DNA of 64,000 nt from an uncultured Gemmatimonadales bacterium (GTDB lineage Bacteria > Gemmatimonadota > Gemmatimonadetes > Longimicrobiales > Gaopeijiaceae): positions 1-64,000 of the forward strand of contig CAWGKG010000012.1 in NCBI GenBank assembly GCA_963823035.1, given 5' to 3'. The notes beneath the pieces are model-generated. The model searched no databases, had not been told where the DNA came from, and worked only from the letters and a program-made list of their open reading frames with translations. Made by a program: the position numbers and the translations under genes. Below, one piece after another: positions 1 through 11,013 of this stretch (its first letter is position 1; every line of letters begins with the position of its first letter).

Positions 1-1168
1 ACCTTCAGCGTGCTGAGCAACGACGTGCTGGTCGCGGTGCCGCTGTTCCTGTTCATGGGCTACGTGGTCGAACGGGCCAATATCGTCGACCGGCTGTTCT
101 TCAGCCTGCAGCTTGCGTCCCGCCGCCTGCCGGGCTCGATGGCGGTGGCGACGCTGGCACCTGCGCGGTGTTCGCCACCGCGACCGGCATCGTCGGCGCC
201 GTGGTGACGCTGATGGGCCTGCTCGCCTTCCCGGCCATGCTGCGCGCCGGCTACGACACCAAGCTCGCGGCCGGCGTGGTCTGCGCCGGCGGGTGCCTGG
301 GCATCCTGATCCCGCCCAGCATCATGCTGATCGTCTATGCCGCGATCGCGGCGAGTTGGCCGGTGCAGGCTCTATGCCGCCGCGCTCTTCCCGGGCTTCA
401 TGCTGGCCGCGACTCTACATGATCTACGTGGTCGGGCGGGCCATGATCAATCCGAAGCTGGCGCCCAAGCCGCCGGCCGAAGACCGATGTCGCCGACGCG
501 CCAGATCATTCTAGCAGCTGATCACCTCGTTCTTCCCGCTCGCCGTGCTGATCCTGGCGGTGCTGGGCGCGATCCTGCTCGGTCTGGCGACGCCGACCGA
601 GGCCGCCGGCGTCGGTGCCTTCGGCGGCCTGGTCCTGGCGGCTGGCTACCGGGCGCTGACTTCAGCGGCTGAAGGAGGCGGTGTTCCTGACCGCGCGGAC
701 GTCGGCCATGGTGTGCTGGCTGTTCGTCGGCTCGTGGACCTTCGCGTCGGTCTTCTCCTATCTCGGCGGCCAGCAGCTGATCGAGGAATGGGTGCATGGC
801 GCGGACCTGTCGCCGGTCGGTTCCTGATGCTCGCCCAGATCATCATCTTCCTGCTCGGCTGGCCGCTGGAATGGAGCGAGATCATCATCATCTTCGTGCC
901 GATCTTCCTGCCGATGCTGGCGTTGTTCGACATCGATCCGCTGTTCTTCGGCGTGCTGGTCGCGCTCAACCTCCAGACCTCGTTCCTGACGCCGCCGATG
1001 GCGATGGCGGCCTATTACCTGAAGGGCGTGGCGCCGCCGCATGTCCAGCTGATGCATATCTTCAGCGGCGTCATGCCGTTCCTGCTTCATGGTCTTCCTC
1101 GCCATGGCGCTGCTCTACATCTTCCCTGAAATCGCGCTGTGGCTGCCCGTGCACTTCTTCGGCACTGA
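1..1168 (+). CDS. TRAP transporter large permease (DctM family), 5' end outside window, frameshifted
   Basis: Motifs AVPLFLFMG, G.LGILIPPSIMLIVY, ATPTEAAGVG, LNLQTSFLTPP across ORFs 10-207, 168-422, 545-1129; TGA 1166-1168 overlaps next ATG. Confidence 0.9.
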
Positions 1169-2540
1169 TGTCGGATCACTTAGTCAGAAGGGGAATCGTC
1201 GAGGCGGCCAGGGGAATGGCGGCGGGCGAATTCTCGTCGGAAGAATTGGTGCGCGCCTGCCTGGCGCGCATCGACGAAGTTCGATCCGGAGATCGACGCC
1301 TGGGCGTTTCTGGATCCGGAACACGCTCTCGCCCAGGCGCGCGCCGCCGACAACCATGCACCGGCGCGGCCTGGATCGCGGGCCCCTGCACGGCGTGCCG
1401 CTCGGCATCAAGGACATCTTCGACACCAGCGACATGCCGACCGAGGACGGCACCGCGCTGCACAAGGGCCGGACGCCGGGCTGGGACGCCGCCGCCGTAG
1501 CCATGCTGCGCAATGCCGGCGCCATCGTCATGGGCAAGACCGTGACGACCGAACTCGCCTCGTCGGTCGACACCGGCAAGACCCGCAACCCGCACCATGG
1601 CGACCACACGCCGGGCGGCTCGTCGATGCGGGTCGGCCGCCGCCGTCGCCAGCTACATGGTGCCGGGCGCCATCGGCACCCAGACCGCCGGATCGATCAT
1701 CAGGCCCGCCGCCTATTGCGGCGTCTTCGGCTACAAACCGAGCTTCGGCCTGATCTCGCGCCACCGGGTGCTGCAGGTCTCGCGGTCCCTGGACACGGTC
1801 GGCGCCTTCGCGCGCTCGCTTGAAGACGTGGCGCTGTTGGCCCAGACCATGATGGTCTGACGATCCCGCCGACCGGGCCATGAAGCCCAGCGCGCGGCCC
1901 GCACTGCAGGCGGTCGCCGCACGAGGGACCGCCGCTGCCACCGCGCCTGGCCTTCGTGCGGACGCCGGCCTGGGAGCTCGCCGAGCCTGGCCTGGAGGAC
2001 GCCTTCACCGAGCTGCTGGCGTTCCTGGGCGAGGACACCGCGCACGAGTTCCCGATGCCCGGCCTGCTGGAACACGTGCTGGACCTGCACCGCACGATCT
2101 GCGACGCCGATATCGCGGTCAGCCTGGCGCCGGAGTACGACAAGGGAAAGGCCAAGCTGAGCCGCGCCCTGCGCACGACCATCGAGGGCGGCCGCAAGGT
2201 GCTCGCCGGCGACTACATCCGCGCGGTCGAACCACCCGCTGCATCGAGCGGAGCGCTCGACGACGTGTTCGAGCGCTACGACGCGATCCTGACGCCGGCG
2301 ACGACCGGCGAGGCGCCGCAAGGGACTTAGAGCACAGGCGACCCGGCCTTCTGCACGCCGTGGACCCTGCTCGGCACGCCCGCTATCACGATTCCGATCA
2401 TGCAGGGCGTGGAAGGCCTGCCGCTGGGCGTGCAGCTCGTCGGCGCGAAGGGCGACGACGCGCGCCTGTTGCGCACCGCGCGCTGGCTTGAGCAGCACGT
2501 ACTCGGCGGGGCGTCGTCGAAGCGAAAGAAACGTCGCTAG
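1168..2540 (+). CDS. Amidase signature family enzyme, frameshifted
   Basis: GPLHGVPLGIKDIFD, GKTVTTE, TPGGSS.GS, GTQTAGSIIRPAAYCG, GLPLGVQLVG. Confidence 0.9.
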
Positions 2541-2558
2541 GGGAAGCCCCGAGCGGCT

Positions 2559-2771
2559 CTAGGCGGTGCCGTTGTCGGCCCTGTGCTGCTCCAGGCGGGT
2601 ACGGTTCACCCGTTCCTCGCGCAACTCCTGCCAGACGCCGAAGACCATCAGCGCCATCGAGCCGATGACGATGACCCAGAGGGGCGCCGCATCGATCTTG
2701 TAGGCAAGAAAACAGATGTAGAGGAGCGCACCGAGCGCGCCGATCAGGCCGGCAATCGCGTTGACAATCAT
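2559..2771 (-). CDS. Small hypothetical membrane protein (two predicted TM helices)
   Basis: 70-aa ORF with two hydrophobic stretches and a charged tail. Confidence 0.6.
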   Translation of the reverse strand: MIVNAIAGLIGALGALLYICFLAYKIDAAPLWVIVIGSMALMVFGVWQELREERVNRTRLEQHRADNGTA

Positions 2772-2902
2772 CCCAGGCGGTCTCCCTCGGACCGGTGCGC
2801 GGCGGAAGGCCCTCGCCGCCCGTACCCGGGATTAGACCACTCCCAACCGACCATCGCAACGGGAGGCGCGTCAGCACCAGCAGCACCAGATCGCAGGTTT
2901 CG

Positions 2903-2911
2903 TGCTAGGCT
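2903..2911 (+). promoter_or_regulatory. Putative extended -10 element (TG-C-TAGGCT) for a leaderless ATP-grasp mRNA
   Basis: TAGGCT ends 7 nt before ATG 2919; no SD in between. Confidence 0.35.
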
Positions 2912-2918
2912 CCGCACC

Positions 2919-4372
2919 ATGGGCGCGCGACGTGGATTGCTGAAGGGCTACAGGACCGACGAGGTCTGGTGCGAATGGTTCGGCCGTCGCGGACGGCCGC
3001 AACCCCACACGGAGATGCTGCGCGAGCGCATCGGCCGCCTCAAGCTGCCCGAACTGCAGCAACGTGCCCGCGATGCAGAACGCGAACTCTACAACCTCGG
3101 CATCACCTTCACCGTCTATTCGCAGAACGCGAGCCATCGACCGCATCCTGCCCTTCGACGTCATCCCCCGCATGCTGTCCCGCGACGACTGGGCGACCAT
3201 CGAAGCCGGCGTGAAGCAGCGCGTCGCCGGCGATCAACCTCTTCCTGCACGACATCTACCACGAGCAGAAAATCCTGAAGGACGGCGTCGTACCCGCCGA
3301 CCTGGTGCTCGGCAACGCCAACTACCAGCCGGCCATGGAGGGCCTCGACGTGCCCCACGGGACCTATGTCCACATCTGCGGCACCGACCTGGTGCGCGAC
3401 GACGACGGCGTGTTCCGTGTGCTGGAGGACAACGGCCGCACGCCGTCGGGCGTCTCCTACGTCGTCGAGAACCGCCACCTGATGATGCGGGCCTTCCCCG
3501 ATCTCGCCGAGGGCCTGGCTGCGGCCGGTCTCGGACTACGGCTGGCGGCTGCAGGCCGCGCTGGCGGAGGTCGCGCCCGGGCGGCCACGACGCAGCCGAC
3601 ATCGTGCTGCTGTCGCCGGGCGTCTTCAACTCGGCCTATTTCGAGCATGTCTTCCTGGCCCGCGAGATGGGCGTGCCGCTGGTCGAGGGGCGCGACCTGT
3701 TCGTCGAGAACGACCGCGTCTTCATGCGGACGACCGCGCGGGCCGGAGCGGGTCGACGTCATCTACCGCCGCATCAACGACGACTTCCTCGACCCGGAGG
3801 CCTTCAGACCCGACAGCATGCTGGGCGTGCCCGGCCTGATGCGCGCCTACCGCGAGGGCAGCGTCGACGCTGGCCAACGCGGTCGGCACCGGCGTCGCCG
3901 ACGACAAGGCGGTCTACGCCTATATGCCGCGCATCATCCGCTACTACCTGGACGAGGAGCCGATCATGGCCAACGTCGCCGACCCACATCTGCCGCGAGG
4001 CCGAAGGCGCTGGCAATATACGCTCGATCACCTCGACGAGCTGGTGGTGAAGCCGGTCGGCGAGTCGGGCGGCTACGGCATCACGGTCGGTCCGCGCACG
4101 CCAGCAAGCGCAGGATCGCCGCGTGCCGCGCCGCGCTGAAGCAAGACCCGCGCAACTACATCAGCCAGCCGATGGTCAGTCTGTCGGTCTGCCCGACGCT
4201 GATCGGCGACACGATCGAGCCGCGCCATGTCGACCTGCGGCCCTTCGCCGTCACCGGGAGCGACACCTGGGTATTGCCCGGCGGCCTTACCCGCGTGGCG
4301 CTGCCGCGCGGCTCGATCATCGTCAACTCATCTCAGGGCGGAGGGTCGAAGGATACCTGGGTCCTTGCATAG
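2919..4372 (+). CDS. Circularly permuted type 2 ATP-grasp protein, frameshifted
   Basis: [95 protein letters not shown]. Confidence 0.92.
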
Positions 4373-5308
4373 CCTGCTCGCACGCTTCGCCGAGAACGCT
4401 TTCTGGATGGGGCGTTACATGGAGCGGGCCGAAAACCTGGCGCGCATCCTGGACGTCAACGAGACCTTCGCACGCGGCAGCAGCGAGGAGGAAAACTGGC
4501 TGCCGATCCTGCGGCTGCACGCCGAGGAGGCGAGCTTCTTCCGGAGCCACGAGCGAGGCGACCGCCGAGCGGGTCGTCCACTTCTATACGCTCGATCGCA
4601 GCATCGGAGAACGCGATCCGCAACTGTCTGGACCATTCGCGCGAGAACGCCCGCTCCATGCGCCACCTGCTGAGCACCGAGGTGTGGCGCCAGCTCAACG
4701 TCTTTCACGAATGGTTCTGCGGCCTGACCCGCCGCGACATCAGGCTCGACCGCCTGGCGTCCGTCTGCCTGCAGACCAAGGAAGGCTGCCAGCTTCACAC
4801 CGGCATCATGGAGGGCACCATGATCCGCGATCAGGTCTGGTACTTCTACGCGCTCGGCAAGAGCCTGGAGCGGGCCAATCAGACCTCGCGTCTGATCGAC
4901 ATCAAGTCGCACCTGCTCGATCCGCCGTCGGGCGATGCGCCCGCGGTCGATGTCGCCCAATGGAACGCCCTGCTGCGCTCGGCAGCGGGATATCACGCCT
5001 TCCGTCGCACCCATCCCAGCGGCATGACACCGCGTCAGGTCATCGACTTTTTCCTGCTGGACCGCAGCTTCCCGCGCTCCATCGCGGCCTGTATTCACGA
5101 CATCGACACCCAGCTGTGGGCCCTGTACCGGTCTGCTGGCCTCGCGCGTGCCCGTGACATCCGCAAGGAGATCAACCCGTTGCTGGAGCAGATCGGCCTG
5201 CCACACAACGGCAACGGCGCAGGACGGCGCCTGGGCACGCATCTCGACCGCCTTCAGGTGGCACTCGACGCGCTGGCGAACCAGATATCCAGGGCCTTTT
5301 TCCGCTAA
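4365..5308 (+). CDS. Alpha-E domain protein (DUF403)
   Basis: LLARFAENAFWMGRYMERAEN.ARIL, G..LERA.QT.R, FPRSI motifs; TTG start overlaps ATP-grasp stop. Confidence 0.9.
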
Positions 5309-5375
5309 CGGCGGCCCCGCTGGGCGTGCCAACATCACGGCCCGCCCCACGACGAGGCCCTGCTGGCGCAACCGC

Positions 5376-6290
5376 ATGACACGCCTGACCATTCACCACG
5401 TCACGACCTACAGCTACGCGCGCCCCATCCAGTTCGGCCCTCACCGCTGGATGTTCCGGCCGCGCGACAGCCACGACCTGCGCCTGCTCGACATGCAGAT
5501 CGACGTTCGGCCGACGCCCAAGCTGCGCTGGTATCACGACGTCTTCGGCAACTCGATCGCGATCGCCACGTTCGACGGAGCAGCGACCGAGCTGCGCTTC
5601 GAAAGCCGGATCGAGCTTGAGCACTATGGCGTCGAGCTGACCGAGTTCCCGGTCGACAGCGTCGCCGAGACCCTGCCCTTCGTCTATCCGACCTTCGAGC
5701 AGCCGGACCTTGCCCGCACCATCGAGCGCCACTACCCGGACCCGGAAGGCGAAGTCGAGGATTGGGCGCGCCGGTTCCTGAGCAAGCGCGGCAAGAGCCG
5801 CACGATCGACGTCCTGGGGGCGATGACCGAGGCGATCCGCGAGGATTTCCGCTACCAGTTGCGCGAAGAGCCCGGAGTCCAGACGCCGACCGAGACGATC
5901 GACCTCGGCAGCGGAAGCTGCCGCGACTTCGCGGTCTTCTTCATGGAAGCGGCGCGCAGCCTCGGGCTCGCCGCCCGTTTCGTCACCGGCTATCTCTACG
6001 ATCCGGCACTCGACGGCAATGCCTCGGTGGGCTTGCGCGGCGGCGGGTCGACCCATGCCTGGGCGCAGGTCTATCTGCCCGGCGCCGGCTGGATCGAGTT
6101 CGATCCGACCAACGGCATGATCGGCGGCGCCAACCTGTTCCGCGTCGGCGTGGCGCGAACGCCCGAACAGGCCATGCCCCTGCGGGGTACCTTCGAGGGA
6201 AGCGGCAGCGACTACCGCGGCATGAGCATCCAGGTGACCGTCAGCGCGCAGCGCGACGAGTTGCGGCGGGTCGGCGCCAACGACGCCTGA
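5376..6290 (+). CDS. Transglutaminase family protein
   Basis: I.H.T.YSY N-terminal domain; triad motifs GSCRDFA, THAW, EFDPTN; intact frame. Confidence 0.92.
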   Translation: MTRLTIHHVTTYSYARPIQFGPHRWMFRPRDSHDLRLLDMQIDVRPTPKLRWYHDVFGNSIAIATFDGAATELRFESRIELEHYGVELTEFPVDSVAETLPFVYPTFEQPDLARTIERHYPDPEGEVEDWARRFLSKRGKSRTIDVLGAMTEAIREDFRYQLREEPGVQTPTETIDLGSGSCRDFAVFFMEAARSLGLAARFVTGYLYDPALDGNASVGLRGGGSTHAWAQVYLPGAGWIEFDPTNGMIGGANLFRVGVARTPEQAMPLRGTFEGSGSDYRGMSIQVTVSAQRDELRRVGANDA

Positions 6291-6306
6291 GCACCTGTAC
6301 CAATGA

Positions 6307-6672
6307 TCAAATAGGTCGACGGCGCGCGCTGCGCGAGAAGCCCCGCACGACCCAGCTCCCGGCCGCCCACAGGCCGGCAAGAGCGATGCCGGCGAACGCC
6401 AGCGCATAGATCCAGGCGAACCGCTCGAACCCCAGCCAGCCGCCGTAGAACGCCAGGCGGTAGGGCGCCAGGATTTGCTCGCGGCACAGGTCGGCGGCAA
6501 GCCCGCCTCCGCTCGCCTTGCAGGTGTCGGCGATTTCGGCGGCAAGCATCGCGCGCTGGGCCGTGCCATGTGCAGGCAGCGACAGGGACTCGCCCGTCCA
6601 GAGCCAGCCCAGCACGACGACCAGCAGGACCAGCCCCGCGAGCACAAGCGCCAGGCGGACGAGACCCCTCAC
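6307..6672 (-). CDS. Hypothetical membrane protein
   Basis: GTG start overlapping the SprT stop; N- and C-terminal hydrophobic helices with two Cys in the loop. Confidence 0.55.
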   Translation of the reverse strand: MRGLVRLALVLAGLVLLVVVLGWLWTGESLSLPAHGTAQRAMLAAEIADTCKASGGGLAADLCREQILAPYRLAFYGGWLGFERFAWIYALAFAGIALAGLWAAGSWVVRGFSRSARRRPI

Positions 6673-7169
6673 GGCACCGACTCGGCCAGGACACCCCGCT
6701 CCGGCCCGCACAGGCGGCAGTAGCAGTCCCGGATGCGGCGGCGCGGCTTGCGCACGAAGGGATAGGTCTCGCCGCAACTGGTGCAGGTCCACACGACCTT
6801 GGCGTGGGCCGTGCGCGACAGGTAGGAAATCTCGTGGTGGGCGGTCGGCAATTCGCCCAGGGCGACGATCGTGGCGCGCCACAGCGGACCGTGCTTGCAG
6901 GCGCGGCCGTAGCGCCGGTCGGCCAGGATGTGGGCGCATTCGTGCAGGAAGGTGGCGTTGCGATCCTCCTCGCGCCCCGGCTTCAGCAGCTCGGCGTGCA
7001 GCAAGATCCGCCGGTCGGAGGGCCAAGCCTTGCCGGCCTGGACGCTGGCCCGGCCGTCGGCCTCGACCAGGCTGTCGAGGCAGTCGAGATAGGCGCTGCC
7101 CATGTGGCTGACGCGCTCCAGGCGATCGGCAACACCCCACAGGGCGGCTACCTCGGCCACCTTGCCCAC
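6669..7169 (-). CDS. SprT-like zinc metalloprotease with C-terminal zinc ribbon
   Basis: TFLHECAH, HGPLWR, CTSC...CRLC; start approximate. Confidence 0.85.
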   Translation of the reverse strand: MGKVAEVAALWGVADRLERVSHMGSAYLDCLDSLVEADGRASVQAGKAWPSDRRILLHAELLKPGREEDRNATFLHECAHILADRRYGRACKHGPLWRATIVALGELPTAHHEISYLSRTAHAKVVWTCTSCGETYPFVRKPRRRIRDCYCRLCGPERGVLAESVP

Positions 7170-7308
7170 GCGCCATCCTGATCGCCGCCGCACCATTGCG
7201 GACCACGTTGCGTCGCGGCGGCGCGCCTGTCCAGAGTCCGGTTGCCCTGCATCAACGGCGACCGATGGAGATGCCGTCCGGCCGTTGCTCCCACATGGAG
7301 GAGGCGTC

Positions 7309-7608
7309 ATGAGCAAGACAGCCGCCAGCAAGGTTCCTGCGTCATGGTCGAGCTCTTTCCGAGGAGAATGGCACGGCAGCCTCCAGCACAGGCTGCGCCT
7401 GCTGCCCGATGTCGCCCGGGACGGCATCTCAGGGGACTTTGCCAAGGGCGTCCTCATGGCTAAGCTTCTCGGAGGGAAGCAGAGCGCCGCGGCAATGAAA
7501 AATTGCCATCAGGTCTGCCTGAACCAGATGCCTCCCCAGGCACCAGTTCGGGCTGACGGCCCCCCGCGCGGCACCGCCGCGCGGGGGGTGCGTCGCCTGA
7601 CTCCCTAG
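7309..7608 (+). CDS. Small hypothetical protein (true end may be near 7556)
   Basis: Strong GGAGGAGG SD just before ATG 7309; no recognised family. Confidence 0.45.
   Translation: MSKTAASKVPASWSSSFRGEWHGSLQHRLRLLPDVARDGISGDFAKGVLMAKLLGGKQSAAAMKNCHQVCLNQMPPQAPVRADGPPRGTAARGVRRLTP
7560..7588. terminator. GC-rich hairpin between convergent genes
   Basis: CCCCCCGCGCGG-caccg-CCGCGCGGGGGG, perfect 12-bp stem. Confidence 0.55.
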
Positions 7609-8771
7609 CCCTGCTTCTGGCCGCGCGTGAGATGGCGCGCGATGACGACGTTCTGAATCTCGGTGGCCCCGTCGAGCCACTGGGCCATGCGCGCGCCGGC
7701 AAGGTGACGGGCCGACCGGATGGCCGGCGTCGAGACGGAAGCCCTGCGCCCCCATCACCTGCATGCAATCGCCGATCGCCTTCGTGGCCGCGCGCGTCGC
7801 GAACTTCTTGGCATGGGCGCAGGCGACCACTGCGTCCTCGGTGTCGGCATCGAACGCCCGGGCGGCATGGGCGGCCAACAGGCGCGATGCTTCCAGATCC
7901 GTGGCGGCATCGGCCAGCATCCACTGCACGCCCTGGAACTCGCCGATCGTCTGGCCGAAGGCCTGCGCGCGAGCCGGTCGCTGCGATCGCGTGATCAAGC
8001 GCCGAGGCCATCATGCCGCAACACATGGCGGCAACCCCCGCACGGGCGATGTTGATACCGCGCATGGCGCCCTTGAAAGCCTCGCCCGGCTCCAGGTAGA
8101 GCCCGTCGGCCTCAATCCTGACATCGTCGAGCCGGATGCCGCAGACGCCCGGCGGCATGGCCGCCGAGCAGACCGTAGGCCGGCAGCCGCTCGACCCCGT
8201 CGGCCTCACCCTCGACCAGGAAGGACGCGATGCCGCGCCAGCCCAGGTCCGGGTCGGTCTGGGCGAAGACCTGCATCAGGCCGGTATGAACGCCGTTGGT
8301 GATCCACGCCTTTTCACCCGACAGAACCCAGCCGTCGCCGTCGCGTCGTGCCCGCGTGCCAATCCGGGTGGCGTCGCTGCCGACGTCGGGCTCGGTCAGC
8401 AGGAAAGCACCGATGCGGCGGCCAGCCTGCATGTCGGCGAGGTAGCGCTCGCGCTGCGCCGGGCTACCGGCACGAGCCAGGCCGGCAGTGAAGTTGTCGT
8501 GGACCTTCAGGCCGAAGGCGAAACCCATGTCGGCCGCGGCCAGGACCTCGCTGACCGCCGAGGCGCCGGCCAGCCCAAGGCCGCGCCCGCCCTGATCGAG
8601 CGGCGCCATCACGCCCAGAAGGCGCGCCTCGCCCGCGACCGGGAAGGCTTCGGTGGGCGCGCGACGATCGAGCTCCCAGTCGGCCGCGTGCGGCACGATG
8701 TGGCGCTCGGCAAATGTCCCGGCATCGGCGACGGCCGCCGCGGTCGCGGCATCATCGTGGGTCTGGCTCAC
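7605..8771 (-). CDS. Acyl-CoA dehydrogenase family protein, frameshifted
   Basis: GAFLLTEPDVGSD, LSGEKAWITNG, R.AFGQ.I.EFQGVQWMLAD, DGATEIQ. Confidence 0.9.
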
Positions 8772-8833
8772 GGCATCCTCATGGTCTGGTGCGGGCCGTC
8801 CCTACGCCGCCTCGCCGGTCCCGGCAAGTTCCG

Positions 8834-9208
8834 TCAGGACACGGCATCGCCACCTCGGGCGAGCAACCTGGCGGCCAGCAGCGCGAGCGGCACGCCGAGC
8901 GCGGCGCCCGTCAGGTCAGCAAGCAGATCGAGAACATCGGCGTCACGGCCGAAACCGGGCTGGACGAGCTCGATGAGGCCGCCGACCAACGCGGCGAGTA
9001 CGACGACCAACAGCATCCGGCGCCAACGCGGCACGCCCGCAGCGCACCACGATGCGGCGAACGCCATGTAGGCGACCATATGCTCGACCTTGTCCGCGCC
9101 GGGGAATGGCGGCGGACCCGAGCCCGGCAGGAACGAACCGGCGAGGATCGCCGCGAGGCATGCCCAGGCGGCAAGCGCGGCGAGACGGCGAAACAGGGGT
9201 AGCGGCAT
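8834..9208 (-). CDS. VanZ family membrane protein
   Basis: DKVEHMVAY, GGLIELVQ, GRDADVLDLLADLTG. Confidence 0.8.
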   Translation of the reverse strand: MPLPLFRRLAALAAWACLAAILAGSFLPGSGPPPFPGADKVEHMVAYMAFAASWCAAGVPRWRRMLLVVVLAALVGGLIELVQPGFGRDADVLDLLADLTGAALGVPLALLAARLLARGGDAVS

Positions 9209-9341
9209 CTGAGGCTCCCGGGACGGACGCCAACCTGGGCGCCCCGGGGCCATAGCATCGCATCCGGCGCAGCACCACCGGGGAGGATGACAGGCGGCGC
9301 GCCGCGACGCACGATGGGCCCTCCCCGACCCGAGGCACGAG

Positions 9342-10998
9342 ATGACACCAGGCCGCCGCTTCGCCTACCCGTCGAGCCGCCGCGGTGCGAGCACGCACGC
9401 CGCCTGGCCCGACGTCCAGGCCGAGAACTGGTTCGAGACGGCGAGCAACGACCCGAACGAGCTGCAGGTGTGGTGCTATACCGACCGCCTCTCCTACGTC
9501 GCCGGAGAGACCGTCCGCTTCCACGTCAGCACGACCGCGCCGGCCTTCGACATGACGATCGTGCGCGACGGCGCCATTCCGCGCGAGGTCTGGCGGCGCA
9601 GCGACATCGCCGGCCGCTTTAGCGAGACGCCGGCGGACTGTTCGGTCGAGGGCTGCGGCTGGCCGGTCGCCCTGGAGCTGGAAGTGCCCGAGGACTGGCC
9701 CTCGGGTGGCTATCTGGTCACCACGACGGTCGCCGGCACGGACGGGCGACAGGAAAGCCACGACCATCTCTTCATCGTCGCACCCCGCCCGGGCGGCGAA
9801 CGCGCGGGCCGCCTGCTGCTGCTGGCGGCGACCGGCACCTGGCTCGCCTACAACGACTGGGGCGGCTCCAACCACTACGAGGGCATCACCGGGCCGGACG
9901 GCGACCGGTCCTCGCCCGTGGTCAGCATCCAGCGGCCGTGGAGCCGCGGCTTCTGCCGCCTGCCCTTCGGCGTGCCGCCGCGCCGGCCTGAAGGCGCCGG
10001 CGCCGCCTATGGCGCGACGGCGCGCTATCCCCATGTGAGTGGGCCTATGCCAACGGCTACAGCAAGAAGTACGCGTCGGCCGGATGGGCCAGCTACGAGC
10101 GGCACTTCGTCGCCTGGGCGGAAGCGGCCGGCTACGCGGTCGACGTCGCCAGCCACCACGACCTGCAGTATCGCCCGACGGTCTGCTCGACGGCTACGAC
10201 GGCGTGGTCTTCGTCGGCCACGACGAATACTGGACCTGGGAGGGGCGCGACGCGGTCGATGCCTACGTCGAGGCGGGCGGCCGGGTCGCCCGCTTCGCCG
10301 GCAACTTCATGTGGCAGGTGCGCCTCGAGGACGAGCGGCCGCCGGCAGGTCTGCCACAAGTACTGGGCGCGCGCGGAGCGATCCCCCGCGCCACGGCCGA
10401 CACCAGTCGCCTGACCTCGGCCTGGGACGATCCCCTGGTCGGCCGGCCCGGCGCCGCGACCTTCGGGCTCAACGCGCTGCGCGGCATCTATGTGCGCTTC
10501 GGTTTGTGTGCCCCGCGCGCGCCAGGCGGCTTTACCATCTACCGGCCGGAGCACTGGGCGCTCGCCGGCACCGACCTTTACTTCGGCGACGTCTTCGGCG
10601 GCGACGCGGCGATCTTCGCCTACGAGGTCGACGGCCTGGACTACACGGTCGAGGACGGCCTGCCCCGTCCGACCGGCGCCGACGGCGCGCCCGACGGCCT
10701 GGAGATCGTTGCCATGGGCCTGGCCACCCTGGTCGAGGAGGACCACGGCCACTCCACGGAGCGGCTGTTCATCCAGACTTGGGATGCCGCCTTCGTTGCC
10801 ACCCTGCGCTACGGCGAGGCGACGCCCGCCACGATCGAGAAGGTGCGGCGCGGCAACGGCATGATGGTGGCGTTCCCGAAGGGCAAGGGCGAGGTCTTCC
10901 ACGCCGGCACGACCCAATGGGTCGCAGGCCTGGTCCAACGCGACGCCGCCGTCGAGCGGATCACGCGCAACGTCCTGGACCGCTTCCTGGGGAGCTGA
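9342..10998 (+). CDS. N,N-dimethylformamidase beta (large) subunit family protein, frameshifted
   Basis: YTDRLSY.AGETVRFHVS, TWLAYNDWGGSNHY, GHDEYWT, GNFMWQVR, YEVDG, GEVFHAGT. Confidence 0.8.
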
Positions 10999-11013
10999 CG
11001 CCCCGCCGCAGGA

